A DNA stretch of 64,000 bases from the human T2T-CHM13v2.0 reference genome, Homo sapiens. Every line of letters begins with the position of its first letter. The first letter of the stretch is position 1. Made by a program: the position numbers and the translations under genes. Under the pieces are notes generated by a model, which worked only from the letters and a program-made list of their open reading frames with translations, made no database searches and had not been told where the DNA came from. The DNA lies in the NCBI RefSeq assembly GCF_009914755.1, contig NC_060929.1, one strand, 5' to 3'. Below, piece by piece: positions 26,869 to 40,239 of the stretch.

Positions 26869-28969
26869 CCGCACGTCCCTCTGAGGTCCCCTCGGGCCCC
26901 TCCCTTGCTCGCAGAGCTTCCGGGGGTCTCCTGGGCCTGGTGCCCGCACCTCCATCCTTTGCTGGTTTTCCTCGGTGGAATGCTCTTCCCCAGGTCCCCC
27001 TCCCTCCCTGCTTCCTGTCTTTCCTCAAATGCCAGTCTTCACAGAGAGGTGTTCCGTGGAAGCCGGATGAAAACGCTGAATGTCTCGTTCTCCCAGGCCC
27101 CTTCCTGCTGCCGTTTCTCCACGGCACTGGTGCCATCTGACACCCACAGGCTCCCGTATTTGGACCGTCCCCGTCTGTGAGATCCACCAGAATGAAAGCA
27201 TGTTTCTGTTCACCATGACGTTGGCAGCCCCCAGAATGGTGCCTGGCTCATAGCGGGACCTCAACCCAGACATGGTGACTGAACAAAATAATATGTGATG
27301 GAGTGACATGTGGCTGCAATTTCCATTTTCTGCAGAAAGGCTCCTGCTTCATTGGCCTTGGTCTGAGTGTCACAGGAGTTTGCTGTGTGATTCTTTTCTA
27401 CCAGGGACAGTGAGTGAAAATGGAAGAAACATCTTCAGATGCTTACAAAGACGAGGACCTGCTCCACACATGGGCGGCTGTTTATCTGTAAGGCCTCTGC
27501 GTGCAGGTGCATTCACGTCCACCTTACCTCACTGCAGCGTTAAATGAGGCTGCTCCACGGGACACCACGCTCTCTGTGCCAAGACCCCGGGGAATTTCCT
27601 AAACTGGGATGGGCCTGCCCAGGCCCAGGACCCTGGAGATGGCTGCTTGATCTGTGGCCCTAGGTCAGGGAGCTTGTCCTGGTTCGTGCCCAGGAGGGAG
27701 TTCCCGGGGTCCTTGCCACTGATGAGCCCTGGAGTGATGTGGAGGGGATTTCTACAGGAGAGATCTATTCCCACAGCGACCAAGCACCATCTCAGCCACA
27801 CCAGCCGCAGGTTCCACCCAGCAGCGAAACAAACCAGGTCCCCCCAGATCCCCCAGCAGAAGAAGGGATGCCCAGCCCTACCACCGTGTCCAGAGGCACC
27901 AGCCACAGGCACCTCCCAGGAAATGCACGTCCCACTCCCCCCTCCCCCAGTCTCTTAAACTACAATACTGCATGGTTGACTGATGCCACTTCTCCCTCCA
28001 TCCTGCATGGTTCCTTTGCACTCAGACTCTTACACCCACTGTGCACTCAACCTCTCCCCTCAGCTGTGTCACGGGCTTGTTCCACCCGAAGTGGCCAAAC
28101 AGACCACCTGCTCTCCCCTGGAGAAACGCCTGTTCTCCCGCTCTCAGCTCAGTGAGTGGCAGATCTGTCCAGATTGACAGGTCACAACACTCGCATCATC
28201 CTGGACTCCTGTCCTCTCCTCACACACACACACAAACACACACACGCCCCAAACATCAGAAACCCCTGCTGGCTCCCCTTGCAAAACATACCCCCCAGCC
28301 AGCACGCATCCCTGCCAGCTCCCACCTGGCCACACCACCTCTAGAGTGTCCCTGGAGGATGGCAACGGCCCCAACTGCATTTGCCTCCCAGTCTACGCTG
28401 GCACACCCCAGCCCAACCTGGTCTATTTGTCACGTAGTCCTGGGGTGGACCCATCTCTGCAAGAATAAAGCCAAAGTACTTCCAGAGGAAATGCAAGACT
28501 CATCAGCAGCCCTCCACCACCACCCACGCCTTTCCTTCCACTCTCCCGGGATTCCCTCCATGCCGGTCTCCCTGCCTCCTGGAGCTGCTCCCACACGGCA
28601 GGACAAGGCCAGCTCCAGGGGGCCTGGACACTTTCTCTCACCTCCGTGCAGAAGGCTCTTCCCAGACTGGCCCTGCCTTGCTCCCTCACCTCCTCCTCGC
28701 CTTCTCAGCAAAGCCTTCCCTCAGCACCCATTTAGAGCTGAAATCCTTCTTCTTCTGCCTCCCTTCCCTGCCTTGGTTCCCACAGCAGGCATATATGCAA
28801 GGCAGGCCCCAGGCTGCTCATGTGGGTGTCTGTTCTCTGCTTTCCCAACTAGAACCCGTGTTCCCCGGTGCCACGGGTGCTCGTGGTGGGATCCCTGGCT
28901 CCCGGAACAGGGTCTGGCACATCTGTTATGAGCTCAGTCAATATTTGTTGAATGCATAAAAATTTTGTT

Positions 28970-29618
28970 GGCCAAGTACCCTGGCTCACACCTGTAATTC
29001 CAAAACTTTGAAAGGCTGAGGCAGAAGGATAGCTCGAGGTAGGAGTTTGAGACCAGCCTGGGCAACATAAACGAGACCTCATCTCTATTCAAAAAACAGA
29101 GAAAATTAGCCAGGCTATTGTGGCACACATCTGTAGTCCCAGCTACTCAGGTGGCTGAGGTGGAAGGATCGTTTGAGCCTGAAAGTTCAAGCTGGCAGTG
29201 ATCTATGTTCACGCCACTGCACTCCAGCCTGGGTGACAGAGCGAGCTTTGTCTCCAAAATAAAAATAAAATAAAACATTACCTGGGCGTGGTGGTGTGCA
29301 CCTGTAGTTCCAGTTACTTGGAAGACTGAGGCAGATCACTTGAGCCTAGGAATTTGAGGCTGCAGTGAGCTACGATCACACCACTGCACTCCAGCCTGAA
29401 TGATAGAGCTATGACATTGTGTGATTTGGAGGGGGTTTCTACAGGAGCAAATCTGTTCCCACAGCGACCAAGCACCCTCTCAGCCATATCAACCAGCAAA
29501 ATACACCAGATGCCCCAGCAGAAGAACGGTCTCCCAGCCTTACCACCATGTTCAGAGGCACCAGCCACTTGTGCCTCTCAGGACACAGACGGCAAGATCC
29601 TGTCTCAGAAAAAAAAAA
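28970..29618 (+). mobile_element. Tandem AluJ-like elements, the second interrupted by a non-Alu insert
   Basis: Alu dimer 28970-29277; monomer from ~29280 whose tail AAGATCCTGTCTCAGAAAA resumes at ~29594. Confidence 0.82.
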
Positions 29619-30190
29619 TTGTATTATGAAACACAACAGAATTTATTCTTGCCTCTCACTGGCTTATCTTCCTGCTCTCTAATTTCAGACCTTTCCGTTG
29701 GGTGTTTAGTTAATGGCTTCACTTTTCTTCCTAGAAACCACAACATAGAAGAAGCCACTGCATCTCTGCAATATTCTCCCCGGCACGGGAGGACCCCGTC
29801 CCACATCAGCCCCCTCCTTCCTGCTCCTTCACCTTCGCACTCCCCACACATCTGTCCTTGTCTTCCTGCTGTGGACCATCCTCCACCCCAGGGACCTAGA
29901 GCCCAGTCTCCAACCCAGACAGAGGGAGGGGGACGGGAAAAGGGGAGTAGGACACCAAGGAAAGAGAGAGAGGTGGGTCAAAGGAAGAGAACGAGAAGAA
30001 AGAGTGAGGAGAAACATCACACCAGAAGACGGATGCCCCTCCAAACACCCACACGAAACAGTTACACCCTGATGGAGGCAGACAGCAGGAGGAAGAGCAA
30101 GTGCTGATGAACAAGATAAATGGGGACGTGAACCAGCAATGGGAGCAGGAGCTGCAGGGAAGAGAGAGGGGACGACAGGACAAGACCCTC

Positions 30191-30720
30191 ACTCACCTGT
30201 GGGTGGGTCCCTGCAGGGGAACAAACTCAGCAGAGTCACCTGTGGAGGAGTTCCTAGCATCAGAGCCATGCACTCATCCTCCTGTGTTTGCTCCCACTGG
30301 GTCGGGGGACAGGAGGAGCTGCAGCCCCAACCTCCTTCCTCAGCCCGCACCGACTACTCATTGGGTTGTGGAGCCCACGGCACCCTCAGCCTCCAGTGGC
30401 CCCTCAGGCTCAGAGAGCAAGGCTCACACAGACCACAGCCTCCTCTCAGAGGGAGAAACAGGCTCAGGGAAGGAGCTGGTGCTGGCAGGAGAGGTGGAGC
30501 CAGGAGCAGTGCCCTGAGCCCACCCAGGATTCCCACCTGCCTCCAGGACACCCTGGCTCTGGCCAGGTGGCAGAACCGCCTCCCACTGCCCACACAGGTA
30601 CTGAACCCAGACACGGGGTGAGGAGGGGAAGCTGACTTCAGACCTCAGCTCCCAGGGGACCCCACAGACTCCAGCCCTGGAAGAGGTGCTCCCAAGATTA
30701 CAATTAAAAAGACCCACAGA
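30191..30720 (-). promoter_or_regulatory. Putative OR2V1 promoter and noncoding first exon
   Basis: Homeodomain site CAATTA (30701-30706) within CAATTAAAAAG; O/E site TCCCAGGGGA (30650-30659); splice donor CAG|GTGAGT on the minus strand at 30196. Confidence 0.6.
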
Positions 30721-32219
30721 GGGACCTGGGGACAGGAACAGGAGCAGGGCCAGTGGGGACAGCGTGAGGAAACCCAGCTGGGGGAGGAGGAACGCAGGGC
30801 AGAGGAATACAGGAATGCGGAGGACATTCTTGGTGCCCTACATTGCCCCCCCACACACACATCAGCACTTCCCAGCGACCTCCAGGGCCCTCATGGGGTC
30901 TCCATGTCACAGCTGTCCCTTGGGCCCTCGCTGCACCCCACACCTGTCCTTCACCTGCCCCCATTAAGTCAGCCTACATCACCCGTGACATGCAAAGCAC
31001 TGGGTGGGGGGCTCTGGACACAGTCCTTGCTCAAGGGGTCTACAGCCTCGTGGGAGGGAAAGAACAGCCCCACCTTCACGAGAGTCGGGTGGAGCCTGGG
31101 GGCCTGGTTGGGATCCTCATAAACCTGACAGGCGTTTCTGCAGGGTCAGTGTCTTCGTGGGCTGCTGGGGATGGGGCTGAAGTCCACGGTTCTGATGCTG
31201 CCACTGCCTTTTACTCTCAAGAGCATTTCACATCGGAGGATGCATTTTATGGTCACTCTGTGGCTATTTATGTCCCATGGAAGCAGGCCATTTTCTCAGG
31301 GGCCAATGTGCTTGAAATCCCCTTGCCACATGGCTCAGACACCAGAGGCGTTTGTTCCTTCTGAATCTCGACTTCCTTGTGTGTCTTTGCTACCACACTT
31401 TTGGTGTGTGCCCTCTTCCTGATCCAGCTTCCAGCTATGGCAGGAGTCTGAGGAACATGCAGGCGAGGAGGCCATGAGGGAGACACAGGAAGACCGGGGC
31501 AGAGAGAGGTAGACTAGGGAGGAAGGGAATGGCCACCTCGCAGCTGGAGTGGGGCAGGCTGGCTTTTGAGGACTGGACCTGCAGCGTCTCCCACTCCTCT
31601 CCCACACCGGCCTTCTCCTCTATCCTCCTATGCACCCAACGCTTTCCACACTCACACTTTTTCTCCAGCCACTTCTCCCCACCGGCACTTCCTCTGTCTT
31701 CTTCCTCTGTTACTCTTCAGCCTTATCTAATTCCCCAAGACCGAGCTCAAGCCCACCTCCATTCAGATTCCTCCGGAACTCAATCCACCATGACCTCCGC
31801 CGGCCATGGCTTCCTGTCTACACTCTGGCAGCGTATGTCCATGGCCTGCTGACAGCTCTTGTATTGCCTTTTATCGTATTATTCAGGGGGAACTTTTGAT
31901 CATGTGCAAACAAGGAAACACTTTTATTTTTGTACAGCCACTGCTTTTAAATAAGACATCACAATTCATTCTCCACATCTTCATGACATCTCATGCAGAT
32001 CAAGAGTTTTCTGGTGACTTTGGGTGGTAAGACGAAGGCTCATTTATATATTCTAAAATCCAGTCCATTGAAAATCAAAATTTGAATCTCACATTCAATT
32101 CAGTGTTGGTCCCCTTGACACAGCCTAAATCAAGACTAACTTGGGGCTTGGAGTCCCACAGTAGAGAAGGGAGAAGAGTCTGCTAACAGCAATCATATTA
32201 TGTGTCCTTTCAGATTTTA

Positions 32220-32516
<297 letters not shown>

Positions 32517-35182
32517 TTATTGTCTAGGACATTCAAATTTTCAACCTCCCCTAATTTTTGTACTAAAATGAAAGCAGCAGCTGTCACATAAATGTCCAGG
32601 AAATGTCATTATTGATGTTTCTCTGTTAAGAATTCTTCTTAAACGCTCATCCTATTATTATGTTTTATTCTTGATATTTTAGAGAAACCCACTGATGTAT
32701 TTACTGAGGAAACTATGTGATTTCTGAAACTTATTTGTAGATAATCCAGTTGTGAAGGGGAGAGGGAGAGGTGGGTGGGGAGTAGACGGAACGGTGTTGA
32801 CCCTGAGCTGCCAATTGCCAGCACCGGGTGGTGAGTGCAGAGAAGTTCATTATACGATGCTTCCAGGTTTTAGGTGTGTCTAAAATGCTCTATAACAAGA
32901 ACCTGGAAGGTCACTCCACACTGGTTGAGTAAACTGTAATGTATCCACATAACAGAGTGCCGTACGACTGTAAAAAGAACATCAAGTGTTTCTTCTTCTA
33001 CACTGGAGGGATCTTCAGGAGGTAAGGAGGGAAAAAGCATGGTGCAGAACAGAACACAGCCTGCTGCTTCTGCCGTGAGAAAGGAGGAAATCTATGGACA
33101 AGGTTGTTTTTTACATTTTCAAAATCAACTATAAAAGGATAATTGCAAACTAATAAATACGGTTCCACATAGCAGGAGGGAAGAAATGTGTGTACGAGAC
33201 AGAGACAGAAACTAGGTTTTTTTTTTCTTTTAAGAGACAGGGTCTTGCTCTGTGGCCCAGGCTGGAGTGCAGCAGTGCCAACATGGCTCACTGCAGCCTC
33301 CAACTCCTGAGGCAAGGGCACTCTCCTGAGCTCCAGAGATCCTCCTGCCTCAGCCCCTGAGCAGCTAGGACCCCAGGAGCATGCCACCACACCCGGGTGA
33401 TTCTTTAATTTTTTGTAGAGATGAGTCTTGCTATGTTGCCCAGGCTGGTCTCAAACTTCTGGCTTCAAGCAGTCACCCTCCTCAGCCTCCCAAAGTGCTG
33501 GGATTACAGGCAAGAGCCGCCACTCCTCGCTAAAACTACACATCTGTAAGTGTGCTTTATTTTATAATTGGACTTCAGTACATGTTTCATACAATTAAAA
33601 ATCAAAATTATATCAAAAAGTAAAAAAATTTCAGCCACTGTGGACTAGTTTGTATAAGAACAACTTTCATGATAAGAACAATTGGAGAAATTGGATAAAA
33701 TCTAAAAATGAAATATTTTATAAGTGATTATAAAGATGCGGAAACAGCCACGACTCAAGGGTCTGAGACCCGGGGATGTGTTCTCGGCTGAGCTGGACAT
33801 TGGGTGGTGCTTTTCCTCTCCAGGCATTTGCTGACTCATCCCTGGCACAGGGCCCAGAGGCTGGGAAGCTGAGCGAAGCCTCTTGTCATCTCACAGATCT
33901 GGGAGGGAAGAAATTGGGTTTAGAGACCTCAAAAACACCCTGACCTCCAGCTAGGACCCCAGGAACACTACACACTAAGAGTAATTATTAATCAGAAATA
34001 GAGAATTCTCACAAAGACTGAACCCAGCTTCACGCGGATCAGCCACAGGTTCACACGCATCAGCCACAGACTGGCTTAAGGAAACCAGCTGCTCATCTAG
34101 CTGCCCCACATAAGGAACGGTAAATCTTCTCTAGAAGAAAAGGATATTACCCACAGCTTCAGATTATTCGCATCATTTGTCTGCCATTCAAGAAAAAATT
34201 ACCAGGCATTCTAGGGACAGGATAAAATGACCAAATTCAAAAAGACAAAAAAGAAACAAACTTAAAGGAGATCCAGACTGGCGTTGCCATTCATGAGCTT
34301 TAAATTAACTGTTATCACGATGCTCGAGAGAAAAAAACCAAGACGGATAATTTCACCAGACACCTGTAACCTTTGAAAAGAATAAAACGAAACTCTAGAA
34401 CTGAAAGTATCAAAAACTAAATAAACAACTCAATAGATAGATTTGGCAATAGTTTAGACACAGATAGTTAGTGAACTGAGTAAGAGGTCAACAGACAAAA
34501 CCAAGGCTGAAACACAGAGAGAAGAGAATACAAACCATGGAAGGGAGGGTGAGAAACACACGGGCATAGCAAGGTCTCACTTCAGTGCTGCTGGAGTCCC
34601 AAAAGTAGAGGGGCAGGAAAGAACAGGATGGAAACAATATTTTTAAAAGATATAGATGGAAGCCGAGGGGTGGTAAAAGCCAGGTCTCATGGCTGATGCC
34701 TGTAATCTCAGCACTTTGGGAGGCCAAGGCATGAGGATCACTTGAGGCCAGGAGTTGGAGACCAGCCTGGGCAAAATAGAGAGACCCCATCTCTACAAAA
34801 AATTTAAAAATTAGCCAGGTGCAGTGGTGGGCACCTGTGGACCCAGCTGCTTGGGAGACTGAGGCAGGAGGATCACTTAAGCACAGGAGGCTGAGGCTGC
34901 AGTGAGCCAAGATTGTGTCACTGCACTCCAGCCTGGGCAAAAGAGTGAGACCCTGTCTCAATTAAAAAAAAAAAGAAAGAAAAGAAAGAAAAAAATATGG
35001 GTGGAGCAATTTTTTAAAGTGATGAAAGAGATCAAGTCACAGATTAAGAAACTCTGTTAACTAATAGCAAGAAGAATACAAAGAAGTCCAAGCTAGGCTC
35101 ACCACAGCATTACAGCTGAGAAGCAAAACAAACAGAAAAGTGTTAGCAGTATCCAGAAGAAAAAACAAAGTACATTAAAAAG

Positions 35183-35267
35183 TGCAACAAGAAGACTAAC
35201 AGCAGGCTTTTCAACACACACACACACACACACACACTGCAACAAGAAGACTAACAGCAGGCTTTTC

Positions 35268-35298
<31 letters not shown>
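35183..35298. repeat. 55-bp tandem duplication ending in (CA)n
   Basis: TGCAACAAGAAGACTAACAGCAGGCTTTTCAA(CA)n twice. Confidence 0.93.
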
Positions 35299-36984
35299 CA
35301 GTGATGAAAGCTAACATGGCACCCTTAACGTCTTGGAATAAAATTACTGCCCACATAGAATTATAGTTCCAACAGAAATATTATTTTAAGATGAAGGCAA
35401 ATAAAGATGAATTCATGCAAACAAAAACTTTTAGAGTATTTTCTGTCAGAAGATTTGCACCAAAACAAAACAAAACCACAAAAATGAAAAAAGGAACCAA
35501 AACAAAGAGCAAAATACAAAACCCTAAAAGGAATTCTACAAGCAGAAGCAGAAGGAAAATGATCCCAGAGGATGGACATGCAAAGAGGGGTCTGGAGAAC
35601 AACAGAAAGGGTAAATGTGTGAGTGAATCCATCTGCATATTGACAATATCAAATCAGGTTAGTGAGGCTGCGTGGGGTTTGAGATATGTGTAGAATCTAA
35701 CTGCATAAAAACAACGACAAAGAAGGCGGAGTGGTGGGGAACTAACGCGTTCTAAGGTCCTCGTGAAAGCCAGGAAGTAGCAAAAATACATCTTTATATG
35801 AGGCACCAGTAAGTGAGGTATGTGGCTTGTAATTTCCAGGTCGCCACTTAAAGAATAAAGAAAATAACTAAGTTATTAGAGAAAGAAGAAATAAATGGCA
35901 AATACCACTTTTTTTCTTTGAGACAGAGTCTCGCTCTGTCACCCAGGCTGGAGTGAGTGCAGTGGTACAATCTCAGCTCACTGCAACCTCCGCCTCCTGG
36001 ACTCAAGTGATTCTCCTGCCTCAGCTTCCTGAGTAGCTGGGATTATAGGCCTGCATCACCGCCCAGCTAATTTTTGTATTTTAAGTAGAGAGGGGGTTTC
36101 ACCATGTTAGCCAAGCTGGTCTCAAACTCCTAGAGTCAAGTCATCCTCCTGCTTCGACCTTCCAAAGTGCTGAGATGACAGGCATGAGCCACCGCACCTG
36201 ACCAAATATCACTTTCTTAGTTCCTCTCCTAAGTGCCCCCAAAAAAGGCAGGGAGAGAAAGATAAGCAAAGTAGGACAAGTAAAAATCAAATAGTAAGAT
36301 TATGGATTTAAACCTAAATATATCAGATATTGGTATGAGCTTAATTATATCCCTCAAAATTTATATATTGAAGCCCTAATCCTCAGTACCTCCAAATGTG
36401 ACTATATTTGGTGATGGGTGTAATGGAGGTGATTAAATTAAAATGAGGCTCTTAGGGTGGGCCCTAATCCAAATTGACTTGTTTCCTTCTGAGAAAATAA
36501 ATTTCTATTGTTTAAGCCACTTCGTCTGTGGTACTATGATAAGTTAGCCCTGGCAAACTGATCCAGACATTACATGTACATTAAATGTAAATGGACTAAA
36601 TACATCAAATAAGAGATGGGCCAGGCACAGTGGCTCATGCCTGTAATCAGGCGTGACTCCATCTCAAAAAAAAAAAGAGATGAAGATATCAGGCTCAATT
36701 TTTTAAAAAATATTAATATTTGCTCTTAAAATTTAGGATATTAACAGGTATAAAACAAAAGGAGGGACAAATACATACCCAGCCAACAATAACAACAAAT
36801 GTGATGAAGTCAATGCTAAATTCAGGCAAAGCAGACGTAAAAGCATTAAGCTAAACTGGAAGAAAAGGTATTTCACAAAAGGATCAACCCTCCAAGAAGA
36901 TACAGCAACAATATGTATATACACATGTACATATATAACCTCAAATATACAAAGGGAAATTTGACGGAACTAAAAGTGGAAATA

Positions 36985-37354
<370 letters not shown>

Positions 37355-38859
37355 CTAAAATATCAGTAAGGATATAGAAAATTTGAAGAATTTGAGTAGC
37401 AAATTGATCTGTGGACATCTATAGAAAATTGCACCCAACTACTACAAAACACACATTTTCTCCGAGTGCACACAGAACAGGTGCCAAAACTGATCACACA
37501 CTGGGCCATAAATCAAGTCCCAAATTATTTTAGAGCACTTAAATCTGATCAGGTTCTGATTAAGCTAGGAGTTAATTAATGAAGAGAATAATTAGAAAAC
37601 ACATACACCCAGAAATGAGGTAATAATCTTCTAGATAACCCAGGAGTTAAATAAGAAACCACAATGAAAATTTTAACATATTTTGAAAAAGAGAGAAAAC
37701 AAAGATGCGACAGGTCAGAAGGAGTGCCATACAGCTGAGACTTGTAGAACCTGGACTTCCTGAGGGAGGTGTCAGGCGGTGTGCATCCCACACACTCTCA
37801 GGCCTGTGGAGGGGCCTGGGAATTACGAGGGGTCACAGGAACCGCTCCTCGACGCTTGCTTAGGGAGACCTGAGTGTGAGAGGGTGGCTGGAGCTGTCTG
37901 GATGGTGGAGTGAAAGGGGAGCCCACGGAGGGACGTGGGCGGTGCTTCCTGAGAGCTAAGTGGCTACCCCAGATGCTGGCTGGGCTTAAGCCATCTTGAA
38001 AGAGAGCTTGAACCTACCGTGTACTCCAGCCACAGAAATAAGAGTCCAGAAAAAAAAATAGCACATAATGAAGCTGGCTTTTAAATATGATACATAGCGG
38101 GGTAGAGTTTCTTGGTAAATGATACAGGCATATTTGATCAAATCTTTCGGGCTGGTGGTCTGAGAGTCCAGGCTGGCCAGCCCAGCAGGGCCATTGAAAA
38201 GCTGAGGGCCGTCCACCTTGTGGGGATGGTGCGTGGCAGATGGGGGCCCGGGAGAGCTCACACACAGAGTCTTTGGAAGGAAGACCAACATTTGGCTGGG
38301 CAACTCCAAAGACCCAAGGGGGTCAGCCCCATGAGACTCTTCATTTCCCTCTGCTCACTCTCCTCCCTGCTGTGCCCAGCCCTGAGGTAGCAAATCCTGA
38401 AGTAGCAGCTGGGAACCAGCAGAGGGTGAGACTCAGGGCTGGCCCGTCTCCTTCCCCTAGGCCGGTCTGTGACCTGTGCACATCTCCTGTCTTGCTGTGG
38501 GTCTGTCTCTGAGATAACACTCGCTGCTGCTGCTCTCAGCCCCACTGGATGTTGATCCTAATGAGTCACCCTTGGGGATGCTCTTGATGTACAGTTCTCC
38601 CGAGGCTCCCTCACCAGCCTCTTCCTGGCACATGAATGACCCCATTTTATTTTATTTTGTTTTTTTTTTTAAGTAAACGCTCCTCAAGTAGAATGTTTTG
38701 TTTTCTTCATAGCACTTGTCAGTATCTGAAATTGTTAACAATTAGCTCTCCAGTCAGACTACCTGGATGTGGACTGCAGCTCCACCACTGGCAGCTGTGT
38801 GGCCGAGCAAACTGCTTTATCTCACCTGCCTTTCTGTGCCTCTGGCCCAGAAAGTGGGG

Positions 38860-40026
38860 TCTGTTGAGTGGGGATAGTAGCATATAGATAGTAGTCTGTT
38901 AATAGTAGCATATAGTTACTATACAGATAGTAGTCTGTTAAGTGGGGATAGTAGCATATAGATAGTAGTCTGTTCATAGCAGTATATAGTCACTACATAG
39001 ACAGTAGTCTGTTAAGTGGGGATAGTAGTATATAGATAGTAGTCTGTTAATAGTAGCATATAGTCACTATATAGATAGTAGTCTGTTAATAGTAGCATAT
39101 AGTTACTATATAGATAGTAGTCTGTTAAGTGGGGATAGTAGTATATAGATAGTAGTCTGTTAAGTGGGGATAGTAGTATATAGATAGTAGTCTGTTCATA
39201 GCAGTAGATAGTTACTATATAGATAGTAGCCTGTTAATAGCAGTATATAGTTACTCTATAGATAGTAGTCTGTTAAGTGGGGATAGTAGTATATAGATAG
39301 TAGTCTGTTCATAGCAGTATATAGTTACTCTATAGATAGTAGTCTGTTCATAGTAGTATATAGTTACTCTATAGATAGTAGTCTGTTCATAGTAGTATAT
39401 AGTTACTCTATAGATAGCAGTCTGTTAAGTGGGGATAGTAGTATATAGATAGTAGTCTGTTCATAGTAGCATATAGTCACTATATAGATAGTAGTCTGTT
39501 AAGTGGGGATAGTAGCATATAGATAGTAGTCTGTTCATAGTAGTATATAGTTACTCTATAGATAGTAGTCTGTTAAGTGGGGATAGTAGTATATAGATAG
39601 TAGTCTGTTCATAGTAGCATATAGTCACTATATAGATAGTAGTCTGTTCATAGTAGTATATAGTTACTATATAGATAGTAGTCTGTTAAGTGGGGATAGT
39701 AGTATATACACAGTAGTCTGTTAATAGTAGCATATAGTCACTATATAGATAGTAGTCTGTTAAGTGGGGATAGTAGTATATAGATAGTAGTCTGTTCATA
39801 GCAGTATATAGTTACTCTATAGATAGTAGTCTGTTCATAGCAGTATATAGTTACTATATAGATAGTAGTCTGTTCATAGTAGCATATAGTTACTCTATAG
39901 ATAGTAGTCTGTTAAGTGGGGATAGTAGTATATAGATAGTAGTCTGTTCATAGTAGCATATAGTCACTATATAGATAGTAGTCTGTTAAGTGGGGTAGTC
40001 TGTTAAGTGGTCTGTTAAGTGGGGAT
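38860..40026. repeat. AT-rich two-unit minisatellite (35-bp and 39-bp variants, ~30 units)
   Basis: A = TAGTAGTCTGTTAAGTGGGGATAGTAGTATATAGA; B = TAGTAGTCTGTTCATAGTAGCATATAGTCACTATATAGA; the two are interspersed. Confidence 0.96.
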
Positions 40027-40239
40027 TGTAATGGCCCTGTCATGGCTGGGGGAGTGAGTGAGAAGACCACGCAGCTCTCTTATCACGGTGTCTGGCATGG
40101 TGCCGAAAGAGTCCTTGGCGATGGTCACTATTATTTCTAACTAGTTTGGCTTCAAGCTGGTTGCTTTTTGACTCTCTTTTCTTTCTTTTTTTCTTTTATT
40201 TTGTTTAATCAGGCAATACTTTGTTCTATAAAATAGAAT

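Larger units (their letters stand above)
27400..31330 (-). repeat. Left arm of the OR2V1/OR2V2 inverted duplication (upstream region and 5'UTR intron)
   Basis: Reverse complement aligns with ~42700-43027 and ~47400-50350; matching ORF pairs such as 30101..30517(+) and 47696..48112(-). Confidence 0.92.

Noticed and set aside
30101-30635. ORFs 'conserved' with 47578-48112, suggesting a duplicated small protein gene
   Set aside because: All frames on both strands are equally similar because the DNA is a near-identical inverted repeat; no recognisable domain.
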